Positions 9,700 to 19,710 of a DNA stretch of 64,000 nucleotides are shown here, in pieces. The first letter of the stretch is position 1. Each line of letters starts with the position of its first letter. The position numbers were made by a program, and so were the translations under genes. The DNA lies in IMG/VR virus record IMGVR_UViG_3300007346_007557. One strand, written 5' to 3'. The stretch is from an uncultured virus (IMG/VR IMGVR_UViG_3300007346_007557). Taxonomy: Duplodnaviria; Heunggongvirae; Uroviricota; Caudoviricetes. The notes beneath the pieces were generated by a model that made no database searches, was not told the origin of the DNA, and saw nothing but the letters and a program-made list of their open reading frames with translations.

Positions 9700-10550
9700 A
9701 AATTCTCCAATAAAAATCCTTCACTATTGTCAATACCCCACTGACGCTCTTGACAAAAGAAACAATCTCCACAAACAGGCGGCATTAAGCCATTCTTAAT
9801 CCACATGTTACCTAGTTTTACAACATCTGCTTCGCAACTTCTTGTAAGACTTAATAAGTCATCTAAATCGTAATTTTTGTATTGAGCCATTGTAAAACTT
9901 TTTCTTACAAGGCCAAACGGATTACAATTATTTAAAGACAATACCCATTCAAGGTTGTCTTTTATTAATTCTTCGTCTCTAAACTTGGGCTGATCTTCAG
10001 TGTTTAAAGGTGGATTCATTGTAGTTCCTGTATACATAAAATCTATTTTGTGTTTTTTCATTAAAAAATGCTCATACTCATTAACACAAATAGTATCACA
10101 CTTTGAATACTTAGGATATATTTTTTCTAAAAAAGGTTTGTTAAGTTGTGAAACATAAACATCTTCTAACTCCGTCGGAACAAATCCCCAATGATGTTCT
10201 TCAATTATATCTCCAAACTTTTCTTTTAAATAACTTGCTACTTCTTGTGCATTGCGTTCTAACCATGGCTTTGAATTCCAAAATCTTACTGCACTAAAAA
10301 AATGTACTTTGGTAGCAATCTTATTTGTTTTTATATAATCTAACAACATGTATGCTAATATAGCACTATCAGCACCACCACTTAAACTAATAAGTATTTT
10401 ATCAAAACTGCTATCAAAATGGATAGGTAATCCGTTGATATAAATCAAGTCAGGATATTTTCTCCTGTACAAAAGTTCATATTTTGCAATTTCTTTTTTA
10501 TTTTTGTAAAGATTATCTAAGTGCTTTAAATAATTTTTATCGTCCATCAA
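9696..10550 (-). CDS. QueC-like PP-loop ATP pyrophosphatase; paralog of 7554..8378
   Basis: LSGGADS; TRSCE..CGDCFFCQER; shares W.(S/T)(K/R)PW and P.ELE motifs with its paralog. Confidence 0.75.
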   Translation of the reverse strand: MMDDKNYLKHLDNLYKNKKEIAKYELLYRRKYPDLIYINGLPIHFDSSFDKILISLSGGADSAILAYMLLDYIKTNKIATKVHFFSAVRFWNSKPWLERNAQEVASYLKEKFGDIIEEHHWGFVPTELEDVYVSQLNKPFLEKIYPKYSKCDTICVNEYEHFLMKKHKIDFMYTGTTMNPPLNTEDQPKFRDEELIKDNLEWVLSLNNCNPFGLVRKSFTMAQYKNYDLDDLLSLTRSCEADVVKLGNMWIKNGLMPPVCGDCFFCQERQWGIDNSEGFLLENL

Positions 10551-11937
10551 ATATGTCCTTCATTTCAGGAAATACTTCTGCAAAACTATTACCACGCTGA
10601 GCATCACATCTTTGTAAAAATTCTTGCATCTCTGGTAAACGTCTACTCCAGTCTTCACTTTCCATAAATGATAACATACCTTCTAAACGTTTTAAGCCGT
10701 AAGGTGCGTTATCGAACATTTCTTTTGTGACTTTACCTTTGTGCCAACTGGGCACACCAAGTTCCCAGTTTTCCTCCCACCAAGGATAAAACTCCTCATA
10801 CTTTTTACGCACTTCTGCTTTAAACCATTCTGGTAACACTTTTACATTAAGGTGTGGCGGATGATACACAAAGTGATAGTTAATACCTCCTGCGCCAAAT
10901 GGCCACATGTTTATTTTGTTAAACTTTTGTGTTAACTTCCATTTGATAAAATCAGGCAAATAATAGATGTTTAATGCTTGTACTGCACAAGCAACCGTAA
11001 CTTCTACATTATTGCTTGTTTCTTTATCTAAAATATGAAACACTTCTTCTGTGCGTTTCCATTCACTTGGATAACGTATATAGCTGTTCATTTCATGTAT
11101 ACTATCTACCGAATAGTGAAAACGCACAAGTTTGAATTCTCTCCATAGATCAAATAAATCTTCTCTCCATTCGACTCCATTTGAGTTATAACGTAGTTCA
11201 AGGTCTTTTGCAATACCTTGTCGAATTGCTTCTTCAAGTATTTCATAATGCTCCTCAATAATAAGACTTTCGCCACCTGCAAAATATATCTGTTGCATAT
11301 TTGGCATTTGTTCGTAAAACTGCTTCCAAAACACATCATTTTGTTTGTGCCAGTTGTAACTACTGCCATTTGTACTTCCTTTATCTTGCCATTGCATAGT
11401 TTCTTTAAGAGATTCATTTTGAACAGCAGGAAAAATCTTTTTATAATCTTTAATCCAGCCACTACTATCATGCGGACTACACATAACACAAGCAAGTTGA
11501 CATTTTGTTCCAAAACGTAAATCAATGTATGCTAGTTGAGGAGGTACTTCTCCATCTTCTGTTGTATTTGCAATTAAGTCATTTACATTAACACGCTGAC
11601 TCCAGTATGCTGTTTCCCACATACGTTTTGAATTGTGTCCTGCTGCTTCTTCTTTATAACACTTTAAACAACTAGGAGGCTTTTCGCCATTCATCATTTG
11701 CTTGCGCACATTCTTCATATAATCACTATTCCAAGCAGTCTGGAAATCAGTAACATTCAAATTGTTGGGTTTACCATCATCTGTTTTTAAGATGCCAACT
11801 TGTCCACCATGTTCTTTGTCATTTGTTGGACCAACACTTGATGCATTGGCTGTGCAACATACTCTCATGCTGCCATCTGGTCTTGTGCTTAGATGCACCC
11901 ATGGTAGGATGCAGAATGTATCGGAAACTTTGCTCAT
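10537..11937 (-). CDS. Radical SAM protein with N-terminal Twitch/SPASM-like domain
   Basis: FCILPW..GSMRVCC..CLKC; CQLACVMC; AGGE; NSNG; SVD. Confidence 0.92.
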   Translation of the reverse strand: MSKVSDTFCILPWVHLSTRPDGSMRVCCTANASSVGPTNDKEHGGQVGILKTDDGKPNNLNVTDFQTAWNSDYMKNVRKQMMNGEKPPSCLKCYKEEAAGHNSKRMWETAYWSQRVNVNDLIANTTEDGEVPPQLAYIDLRFGTKCQLACVMCSPHDSSGWIKDYKKIFPAVQNESLKETMQWQDKGSTNGSSYNWHKQNDVFWKQFYEQMPNMQQIYFAGGESLIIEEHYEILEEAIRQGIAKDLELRYNSNGVEWREDLFDLWREFKLVRFHYSVDSIHEMNSYIRYPSEWKRTEEVFHILDKETSNNVEVTVACAVQALNIYYLPDFIKWKLTQKFNKINMWPFGAGGINYHFVYHPPHLNVKVLPEWFKAEVRKKYEEFYPWWEENWELGVPSWHKGKVTKEMFDNAPYGLKRLEGMLSFMESEDWSRRLPEMQEFLQRCDAQRGNSFAEVFPEMKDIFDGR

Positions 11938-11948
11938 ATTGTACTTAC

Positions 11949-13223
11949 CTAATTATCTGCGTATTTAATTAATGTTTGAAAACATGCGTCTTTCCAACTC
12001 GATGTTTTACCATATTCGTCAGGAAATCCAGCAAATCCTTGTTTAGGAGCTGGTGTTTTTTTATACATGAATTTATAATAGTCTTTTAACGTTTGCTTGT
12101 CTGCTTCTGCTAAGTATTGCTTGCTATTCATAAACCTTCTATCTAGAAATGGTGCTCTTGATTCAATAGTAAAACATCCTAATGCTAAATTTGCACCCAT
12201 ACATGCAGCTGGAATAAAATACTTTTGATCACTTAACTTATTATTAACTAAAAAGTTAGATTTGTCAATCTCAAAATAATCAGAATAAGGAGTTCTTTGT
12301 TTTAAACTATACCCAGGATAACCGCCAAATATTTCATCCGCACCTTCACCTGTGTAAAGTATGTTAATTTTTCCTTGTAATTTTTTACCTAAAATATAGT
12401 ACCCTATCCAACTCCATGTATATGGAAACAAATATGTTGCTTCAATAAATTCATCTGTATAATTACACCATTCTTCTTCTGTGATATTATATGCAAAATC
12501 TAAGTCATTACTAACAAAATCTTTTCCAATATGATTGAGTGCCACTTGAAATTCACCAAACCATTTACTTACTAAACCGCTATCAACTCCACCGCTGTTT
12601 ATACTTGCACTTTTAAGTTTACTAGAATAATCAATTATCATGTTATGGAACGTTGTATACACAGGCACATCTTCATAACATGGTTCAACACTATAAGGTT
12701 CTACACTATAAATATCTTGCCACGGTGTTTCATTAAAAATATAATGTTTAGATTGTTTCCATAAATGTAAAGCATTTTTATTAATACATGTATTTGTAGT
12801 TTTTACTATACTTTTAATTGTATTAGATATAACAAAATGTCCGTCTTTGTTATATACAAATAAAGGTATTTGTCCAGTTTTATCTCTACCATACTTTATT
12901 TCTTTAGTTTTTTTATTATAAAATACATAGGCATACATTCCGTTATAATGAGATATAGAATTACCATTTACTAAATCATGGAAAAACATTTCTGTATCGC
13001 AGGTAAACTTTCTATTGTAATTGTAAATTTCACCTGTGTACAAAAATAAAAAATTATCATTTTCATATAAATCAAAATTTATATCATTTACACAAGGTAG
13101 CACACTTTGAATAGCAAAATAATCTTTGTCTATAAAAACCCTATCATCTATTCCACGTTGCAAAACATCTTTAAAATCATAATCAAATTTTGGATGCTGG
13201 TTACTAAAATAAAATCCGCACAT
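11949..13223 (-). CDS. Asparagine synthetase B-like glutamine amidotransferase
   Basis: N-terminal MCG (Ntn nucleophile Cys), GEIYNY, GMYA, RD..G..PL, SGGVDS, GEGADEIFGGY, ESRAPFLD. Confidence 0.85.
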   Translation of the reverse strand: MCGFYFSNQHPKFDYDFKDVLQRGIDDRVFIDKDYFAIQSVLPCVNDINFDLYENDNFLFLYTGEIYNYNRKFTCDTEMFFHDLVNGNSISHYNGMYAYVFYNKKTKEIKYGRDKTGQIPLFVYNKDGHFVISNTIKSIVKTTNTCINKNALHLWKQSKHYIFNETPWQDIYSVEPYSVEPCYEDVPVYTTFHNMIIDYSSKLKSASINSGGVDSGLVSKWFGEFQVALNHIGKDFVSNDLDFAYNITEEEWCNYTDEFIEATYLFPYTWSWIGYYILGKKLQGKINILYTGEGADEIFGGYPGYSLKQRTPYSDYFEIDKSNFLVNNKLSDQKYFIPAACMGANLALGCFTIESRAPFLDRRFMNSKQYLAEADKQTLKDYYKFMYKKTPAPKQGFAGFPDEYGKTSSWKDACFQTLIKYADN

Positions 13224-14047
13224 TACAAATTGTTACTACCCCATTCAAACATTTCAAACATTATTTTATTTTCAACTTCTTTACTATTAGGAATAGTAAT
13301 TTCAAATTTTTGAAATTGATATTTGACGTTTAAAGGTATGCTAACTTTTTCTCCATCTAAATCTTGTGTGTGTTTTTGTAACCTTTCTAAAAATAAATCG
13401 ATCCTAAAGCGGTCTTCTGGTACATCACTATTCCATCTTAAATATCCGTTAGGATCCCATCTATTAAAGTTACCATGTTTTACCATACATTGTAGTCCAT
13501 GATGTTTTTCTTTTCCAACAAAAAATGCATATAATTTTTTATCTGCATATATGTCCTGTATGTCTTGTAAACTTTTTATTGTTTTTAAAACTTTGCCATT
13601 ATCATTAAAAAATTGTGGAACTACTCTAATTACACAACAAGGCTTGTTAAGCCAAATTAATGAGTTCATAAGTGTGTTACCAGGATGAACTCTACTAGGC
13701 CAAATGTATACTGGATAAACATTTACAGAATTCTTATACAAATCACAGCATAATTCAATTATTTGGGTTGCACGCCGTTGACATTCGTCAGCTACAAAAC
13801 ATTTAAATAATTTCATGTCTGTATAACCTAAATACTTGTGTGGCGGATCGAGCCATTCTTTTCCTTTTACATACTTGTGCTGATCATACCATTCATGTGT
13901 TTTATAATATACAAATTCTACTTTAGATTGCTCAAACATAAATTTGTATTGCTTCTTTGTAGATTTTTTTACTTTTGCAGAATCTATTCCATTTTCTACA
14001 TTGTAAGGATGAATAAATTTTTCAAAGTCAATGTCAAACTGGTTCAT
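13223..14047 (-). CDS. Hypothetical protein
   Basis: Long ORF packed between coupled genes; likely start ATG 14047 (MNQFD); no recognised motif. Confidence 0.7.
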   Translation of the reverse strand: MNQFDIDFEKFIHPYNVENGIDSAKVKKSTKKQYKFMFEQSKVEFVYYKTHEWYDQHKYVKGKEWLDPPHKYLGYTDMKLFKCFVADECQRRATQIIELCCDLYKNSVNVYPVYIWPSRVHPGNTLMNSLIWLNKPCCVIRVVPQFFNDNGKVLKTIKSLQDIQDIYADKKLYAFFVGKEKHHGLQCMVKHGNFNRWDPNGYLRWNSDVPEDRFRIDLFLERLQKHTQDLDGEKVSIPLNVKYQFQKFEITIPNSKEVENKIMFEMFEWGSNNL

Positions 14048-15092
14048 AATTAATCTCGTTATGATATGCTTTGTTTTTAGCACAAGTACGAATACATCTT
14101 GTAAAATGCAACGGGTGTGTTGGTTGCCAACTTGCTTCTAAAAGGTGTTCAAACCATTTGTGTTTTTGTATTTGTTCAATAGTATGATGTTTCAAACTAT
14201 TCCAATTTGGTTCAAATTGATTTAGTTTATATAAAATATCTTCTTTATTTTTAAATGCGCTATCCCACAAAAAACAACAAGGCCACATGGTCTGATCACT
14301 TGCAATAAAAATTTCTTGCTCATGTATATATTTACAAACAATGCTGTTTACAATGTTTTGTGTTTTTTCCTTGTCTACAACATTAGATTTATATTCAGTA
14401 ATAAATTTATCTAGATCTTTTACAATATCTTTTTTGCTATGTTCTTTTTTACCTGTAGTTGTAATTTTTTGTTCAACTTTTTTATTTTTTTTGCCTAGTT
14501 GAGATATCCATTGATGATAACTATTTCTCATACCTGTACGTGTTGCAAATTCAAAACCTAAAATATTAGCGTGTGCTTTGGCTTTTGCTAATTCATATTC
14601 GTTATGATCAAATACAATAAAAATCCAAGTAGCATGTTTATCAGGTGCAGTTTGCGCAAAGGCATTAATATTACGTTCAATAGTTTTCCACTTGGTGTTA
14701 ACTCTATAAATATGATTTGTTTCTTCATATCCATCTATACAAAAATGAATATGCAATTTTCCTGGGTGCTTTGTTGCTATTGAGCCTAATTCGTTCCACC
14801 ATTTACCTGTGTTGTATCCGCCATTGGTGCTAACTTCACAATAACCACCTAAATCGGTAAGATACTTAACCATATCTAAAAAATCTTGATTTACAATAGG
14901 ATCTCCTAAAACACCGCAAAACTTAAATTCTACTCCTGTATAATCATCAACAGGAAAAATACGTTGCAAATCTTGCAACGTAAATGAATTTATTTGCAAC
15001 AATTCTTTGTTAAGTGTTCTAGCACAACCTGGACATGCTGCATTACAATCACTGGTAATTTCTAGTTCAACTTTTTTGATAGAAGTATTCAT
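14034..15092 (-). CDS. Radical SAM protein with C-terminal SPASM/Twitch domain
   Basis: CNAACPGC, CGVLGDP, STNGG, IDG; C-terminal C..WPCC..CIRTC. Confidence 0.9.
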   Translation of the reverse strand: MNTSIKKVELEITSDCNAACPGCARTLNKELLQINSFTLQDLQRIFPVDDYTGVEFKFCGVLGDPIVNQDFLDMVKYLTDLGGYCEVSTNGGYNTGKWWNELGSIATKHPGKLHIHFCIDGYEETNHIYRVNTKWKTIERNINAFAQTAPDKHATWIFIVFDHNEYELAKAKAHANILGFEFATRTGMRNSYHQWISQLGKKNKKVEQKITTTGKKEHSKKDIVKDLDKFITEYKSNVVDKEKTQNIVNSIVCKYIHEQEIFIASDQTMWPCCFLWDSAFKNKEDILYKLNQFEPNWNSLKHHTIEQIQKHKWFEHLLEASWQPTHPLHFTRCIRTCAKNKAYHNEINYEPV

Positions 15093-16167
15093 ATATTTCT
15101 TTGTTTAAATCTTTCAATTGTTCTTTTTGGAATTTGTCTAAAGAATTATTAAATTCTATAAACTTATTTTTTAATGATGTATTATCTTCTTCTTGTAATA
15201 TAATTATTTTATTTGCTTGTTGTGAAATTACATCATTTGATTTAAGCATCCAATTTTTTCTTGTATCAATATCAATCATATCAATTGATAAATGCTTAGG
15301 ATATCTAACTTTATTAAAATTTAACCATAGTTTGTTTTCATTACAATAGGTTATTAAATCAGATAATTTGTTTATGTTGTACACACTTACAGAACAATGA
15401 ACACTATTAATTACATCTTTTGTAGCAGCCCATTGTTTTAAATTTGTGTCTATTATATTCCAATTTACGCCCCATCTACATAATTTAGAAAGATCGCCTA
15501 CAGCATCAATACTAAATTCTATATGTAATTTTTTACAAGCAAGTAATTTTTCTAATAATTTTTTATTAGGAAATACACTACCATTTGTTGTTATATAAAT
15601 TTGTAAATTTTTGTAATCAGTTTTTTGTTGTAAGTATTCTATAAACCATTCTAGTTTTTTACTATAAAATGGTTCGCCTCCTAAAATTTTTATTCTTTCT
15701 AATTTACTAATATCGCTATTTGTTATGATTTGTTTAACATCATACTTGGGATATGCAACACTATAGTCGTCTATGTGATTTATTTCTTTTTTTAATTGAT
15801 GTGCTGAATTCCATTTACTGCTTAACATAGGAGTGCAAATTCTACACATCATATTACATGTGTAATCAAGAGCAATTTTTAAACTGCGTAATTCTATAGT
15901 TTCTCTATCTTTACGTATATGATTTTCAATTTGCCTATCACTTACGCCATTGATGTTTTCAATATTCCAACACACATCACAAATAGAATCTTTTTTATTT
16001 TCAAGCATAGTATTTCTTACCCGTTGGTATGTTTTACTATGCAACAAATCGTTTAAATTTATAATATTTTTTATGTGTAAATTTTCTTCATCTGGCATTA
16101 TGTGGCAACATGGACTTGCAAAAGGTCTTGAAAAATCAATTTCTTCATATGCTAATATGCATTTCAC
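15067..16167 (-). CDS. Radical SAM protein with N-terminal Twitch-like domain
   Basis: C..SPCC..CDVC; CNMMCRIC; GGEP; TTNGS; SIDA. Confidence 0.9.
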   Translation of the reverse strand: MKCILAYEEIDFSRPFASPCCHIMPDEENLHIKNIINLNDLLHSKTYQRVRNTMLENKKDSICDVCWNIENINGVSDRQIENHIRKDRETIELRSLKIALDYTCNMMCRICTPMLSSKWNSAHQLKKEINHIDDYSVAYPKYDVKQIITNSDISKLERIKILGGEPFYSKKLEWFIEYLQQKTDYKNLQIYITTNGSVFPNKKLLEKLLACKKLHIEFSIDAVGDLSKLCRWGVNWNIIDTNLKQWAATKDVINSVHCSVSVYNINKLSDLITYCNENKLWLNFNKVRYPKHLSIDMIDIDTRKNWMLKSNDVISQQANKIIILQEEDNTSLKNKFIEFNNSLDKFQKEQLKDLNKEIYEYFYQKS

Positions 16168-17246
16168 TTAAATTGCTCCGCAAATGGATCAAATTCTGAA
16201 CCACACTTTTGAGCACAAACTCCTAGTTTACCATCTTTGACGCTAGGAAGATTCCAACTATCTGTAATACCTTTTAACAACTTTCCGTTGACAACGTCCT
16301 TAATATCATTTTTAATTATGTCAATGCCTTCTTTTCCTCCAGCATTGTCAATATGATCCCAAATTTGTTCAACTCTAGGATCAGGATGCCACCATTTATA
16401 CATACGTCCAGCAGTCCAGCAGCATGGCATTAATAGTCCTTCAGCAGTGATAAACACACTACCTTCTTCTGCTACTTTACATTTGATACTGCACTTATCA
16501 AAGTATTCTTTCATGCTTCCGTATGATTTCTCAATTTCTTTTTGTTTTAACAATGCTAAATTGTTATTTTTTTCGTCTTTAGGTTTTTCAAGTTTAGCAG
16601 TTTCATTGCCTTTTCTATCAACTGCTTGATGAGATTCTTTTGGTACAATATTGCTAGTAACAAATCTTCCGCTTTTCTTTTTAATAAATCGTTCACAACC
16701 CCACGCATTTGCTAATGCTTCTGCTTCTTCTACTTGATGTTCGTTATGTTGAAAAATAAGAAAATCCCAACGTGCTCTGCCGCCTGCATCAATAAACGCC
16801 CGCATATTGCGTTCTACATTGTTCCAGACAACATTCTGCCTGTATAAATGATTAGTGTCACTAAGACCGTCCACACTAAAAATAACAGCACCCATTCTAC
16901 CAAAGACTTGGGCAAGTTCACGCCACCATGTTTCATCTTTTGCTCCTGCGTTTGTGTTCATCGAGAGCCAAATGTCTGCATTATGTTCTCTAAAGTAACG
17001 GAATATTTCTAAAGTATCTCGTGCTACAATAGGATCACCTAAGTTACCACACATGAACATTGTGTTAAGTTGTGCAATAAATTTTGGTTTGAAGATACGT
17101 TTGCAATCTTCTAAACTTAGTTCAGCATTTGTAATGTGTGGATTATCAGCACCACCGTTCATATTACGATCGCACATAGGACATGCTGCTTGACAACGCT
17201 GTGTAACTTCTAAATGAACTACTTTTATATCTTCATACTTGTACAT
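16164..17246 (-). CDS. Radical SAM protein with C-terminal SPASM/Twitch domain
   Basis: CQAACPMC, CGNLGDP, NTNAG, SVDG; C-terminal CKV..MPCCW..CAQKC. Confidence 0.92.
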   Translation of the reverse strand: MYKYEDIKVVHLEVTQRCQAACPMCDRNMNGGADNPHITNAELSLEDCKRIFKPKFIAQLNTMFMCGNLGDPIVARDTLEIFRYFREHNADIWLSMNTNAGAKDETWWRELAQVFGRMGAVIFSVDGLSDTNHLYRQNVVWNNVERNMRAFIDAGGRARWDFLIFQHNEHQVEEAEALANAWGCERFIKKKSGRFVTSNIVPKESHQAVDRKGNETAKLEKPKDEKNNNLALLKQKEIEKSYGSMKEYFDKCSIKCKVAEEGSVFITAEGLLMPCCWTAGRMYKWWHPDPRVEQIWDHIDNAGGKEGIDIIKNDIKDVVNGKLLKGITDSWNLPSVKDGKLGVCAQKCGSEFDPFAEQFK

Positions 17247-17252
17247 TGTTTT

Positions 17253-17280
17253 ATTATAACACCTTTTTAGTTTTTGTCAA
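17253..17280 (-). promoter_or_regulatory. sigma70-type promoter, leaderless arrangement, for 16164..17246
   Basis: Minus strand TTGACA-16 nt-TATAAT with extended TGn; ATG 6 nt after the -10. Confidence 0.7.
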
Positions 17281-17833
17281 TAATCCAAAAATCATTATCA
17301 ACAAATAATTTTTTATCAACAGAAAATAAGTCAACATCTTTTTTATTATGTTCATTAGTATAGCCAGTTCCACAAATAACACTATCTGCAAAAAATTCTA
17401 GTTGTTTTAACAAAACTGGCAGATGTTTTTGATTATCTAAAAATACAAAATCAAAAGTGTTTTTTTCATTTTCTATAAAATCCCATATATCTTGTTTAAT
17501 TACAAAACAAGGGTTTTGATGTTGATCAATCAACCAGCAAAATATATTGTAATGTTCATATGCATCATTAACAATTTGTTTATCTTGTTTTGCTTTTTCA
17601 TAATAAAATTTATGTTCTTTAATTTTTTCTATTCTATATGGTTCTGTATTAAATTCAAATTTATCTAAAGCATAAACTATAGTGTTGGATACACTATCAA
17701 GTATATTCCAAGTACTACTACCTAATCCAACTCCTACTTCAAGTATTTTTTTTGGATTATATTTTTTAATTGCGTTAGAAAGATTAAAGTCAATTGACGG
17801 ATCTTTAAAACTAGGAATATCATTATGCTTCAT
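17267..17833 (-). CDS. Class I SAM-dependent methyltransferase-like protein
   Basis: ILEVGVGLGSST motif I, YALD motif II, FDFVFLD. Confidence 0.7.
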   Translation of the reverse strand: MKHNDIPSFKDPSIDFNLSNAIKKYNPKKILEVGVGLGSSTWNILDSVSNTIVYALDKFEFNTEPYRIEKIKEHKFYYEKAKQDKQIVNDAYEHYNIFCWLIDQHQNPCFVIKQDIWDFIENEKNTFDFVFLDNQKHLPVLLKQLEFFADSVICGTGYTNEHNKKDVDLFSVDKKLFVDNDFWIIDKN

Positions 17834-18650
17834 TATACTTCCTGTCTATAAATTGAGATTCATATGGTTTGTAATATATGCTACATTTTCTTTTACAAAC
17901 TTCTAACGGATTATCTATTATATCTGAGAACCTTTTTGCATCAAAATTCTTATCCCAATCTTGCCATTCTTTTTTATATCTTGTACTGCCTATCCAACAA
18001 CAAGGCATAACTTTGCCTTCGGCGCTAACATATATACTGCGTTCTTTTTGTACTTTACATTCTACACCTTTAGGAACTTTTGGTAAAGATTTACCCCTAG
18101 TTGTTTCTTTGGTTACAAACTCTTTAAATCCTAACATGTCTGCCAATGCTTCGGCGTCCTTGACTTGATGCTTGTTATGATCAAATATTAAATAATCCCA
18201 TCTTGCATATCCACCATTGGTAATATAAGTTCGTGCATTTTCAATAACTTTGTTCCAAACTACATTTTTTCTATACAAATGATTTGTATCATTAAGTCCA
18301 TCTATACTGAATGTAACTACATCAACAACTTTTGCTATTTTCTCCCACCATGCTGTATCTCTTGCACCGCCGTTGGTTACCATGCGTAAATGTATATTAG
18401 GATTTATACTTTTAAAATATTCAAATATTTCCAACGTATCATGAGCAATAATAGGATCTCCAAAATTGCCACACATGTACATAACTTCTAATTGTTTAAT
18501 AAAACTTTGAGAAAATAATTTTTTGCAGTCTTCTAAATTTAATTCTGCTTGCATGATATTTATACCTGTCCTTCCACACTGAGGACAGGCTGCTTGACAA
18601 CGTTCAGTAACTTCTAAATGTAATGTTTGGATTTCGTTAATTTTGTACAT
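17823..18650 (-). CDS. Radical SAM protein with C-terminal SPASM/Twitch domain; shorter paralog of 16164..17246
   Basis: CQAACPQC, CGNFGDP, TNGG, SIDG; CKV..MPCCW..CKRKC. Confidence 0.9.
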   Translation of the reverse strand: MYKINEIQTLHLEVTERCQAACPQCGRTGINIMQAELNLEDCKKLFSQSFIKQLEVMYMCGNFGDPIIAHDTLEIFEYFKSINPNIHLRMVTNGGARDTAWWEKIAKVVDVVTFSIDGLNDTNHLYRKNVVWNKVIENARTYITNGGYARWDYLIFDHNKHQVKDAEALADMLGFKEFVTKETTRGKSLPKVPKGVECKVQKERSIYVSAEGKVMPCCWIGSTRYKKEWQDWDKNFDAKRFSDIIDNPLEVCKRKCSIYYKPYESQFIDRKYNEA

Positions 18651-19710
18651 TCCAGAAATTTTGTTTTCTTAATTTATCTCTTATTTTTGTTTGCTCAACA
18701 AACATATCATACAAATGTTGGTCAAACGGTTTTTTTGTAGCAATAACACTAGGCATATCTTTGTGCTTATTTGGATCTAAGTTGTAATTTTTACCTTGCA
18801 CAAAAGGATACATGTAATTAGGTGTAATTAAAGGTGTCATATGAAACTCTGTATCGGCAAAATAATCAATTATGTTATTTAACTTAAAAATATTATATGC
18901 ACTAACAACACAAACAACATTCATGTTACTATTATCTTTTATAGTATTATATGCTTTTTCAAAGTTTTTCCATTTACCTGGCCATCTGATATAATCGTAA
19001 ACATCTTCAATTCCGTCGCAACTTATACTAATGTGTAAATCTTTAAACTTGTTTAACAACTTAAAATGCTTTTGTTTTAATAACAAGCCGTTGGTAATAA
19101 ATTTTAAACTTATTTCTTTTTTATTTTTTAATGATTCTAAAAATTCAAAAATTTTAGGATTTGCAAAAGGTTCGCCGCCTGTAAATTTTAATTCTTTTAC
19201 ATTTTGCTTTTGAATTTGATCAAAAGCATTTTGTTCCCATGTGCCAACATTTGCAGGAAATCTATATTCTTCTCTAAGCCAATTTTCATTAGGATTATTT
19301 TTAACTTCTGCTTCTAAAACACTGCTTATTCCAGGTGCACACATACGGCAGCCTAAATTACACAAACTACTCATTTTCATATCAAAGTAAAATGGAGTAA
19401 TTTTTGTTGAACCAGTTTTTGTAGTATTAGTTTTTATTTCTTCAATGTAATCTTGAAATTTGTAATTGACACTTTGACGTCTGCTAAATTTTCCTAAATC
19501 TTCATGGTTCCAGCATGTAGTGCATTCTTTTCTACGAACTCCATTTAACAAATCTTTTCGTAAATCATCAAATTTACTATTGTTGTTTTCTATTGTATCA
19601 GACCAGTGAGCATCGTTACTAGGATTGTATACGCAACAAGGTCGATAAGCGCCAGTACCTGTAATACTACTGGCACCTATCCAAGGTAAGACACAGAATG
19701 TGTCAGACAT
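18637..19710 (-). CDS. Radical SAM protein with N-terminal Twitch/SPASM-like domain
   Basis: FCVLPW..GAYRPCC..CTTC; CNLGCRMC; TGGEP; ITNG. Confidence 0.92.
   Translation of the reverse strand: MSDTFCVLPWIGASSITGTGAYRPCCVYNPSNDAHWSDTIENNNSKFDDLRKDLLNGVRRKECTTCWNHEDLGKFSRRQSVNYKFQDYIEEIKTNTTKTGSTKITPFYFDMKMSSLCNLGCRMCAPGISSVLEAEVKNNPNENWLREEYRFPANVGTWEQNAFDQIQKQNVKELKFTGGEPFANPKIFEFLESLKNKKEISLKFITNGLLLKQKHFKLLNKFKDLHISISCDGIEDVYDYIRWPGKWKNFEKAYNTIKDNSNMNVVCVVSAYNIFKLNNIIDYFADTEFHMTPLITPNYMYPFVQGKNYNLDPNKHKDMPSVIATKKPFDQHLYDMFVEQTKIRDKLRKQNFWNVQN

Noticed and set aside
7554..10550. Canonical queuosine/7-deazaguanine DNA-modification cluster
   Set aside because: The QueC-like genes are duplicated and divergent. 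No FolE, QueD or DpdA is in the window, and none of the radical SAMs is the short QueE type. The rest of the genome is unseen, so this is not fully excluded.
11942..11949. GGTAAGTA as an internal late promoter before 11937
   Set aside because: It mismatches the TAAATA core and could equally be an RBS-like AGGT; evidence is insufficient.
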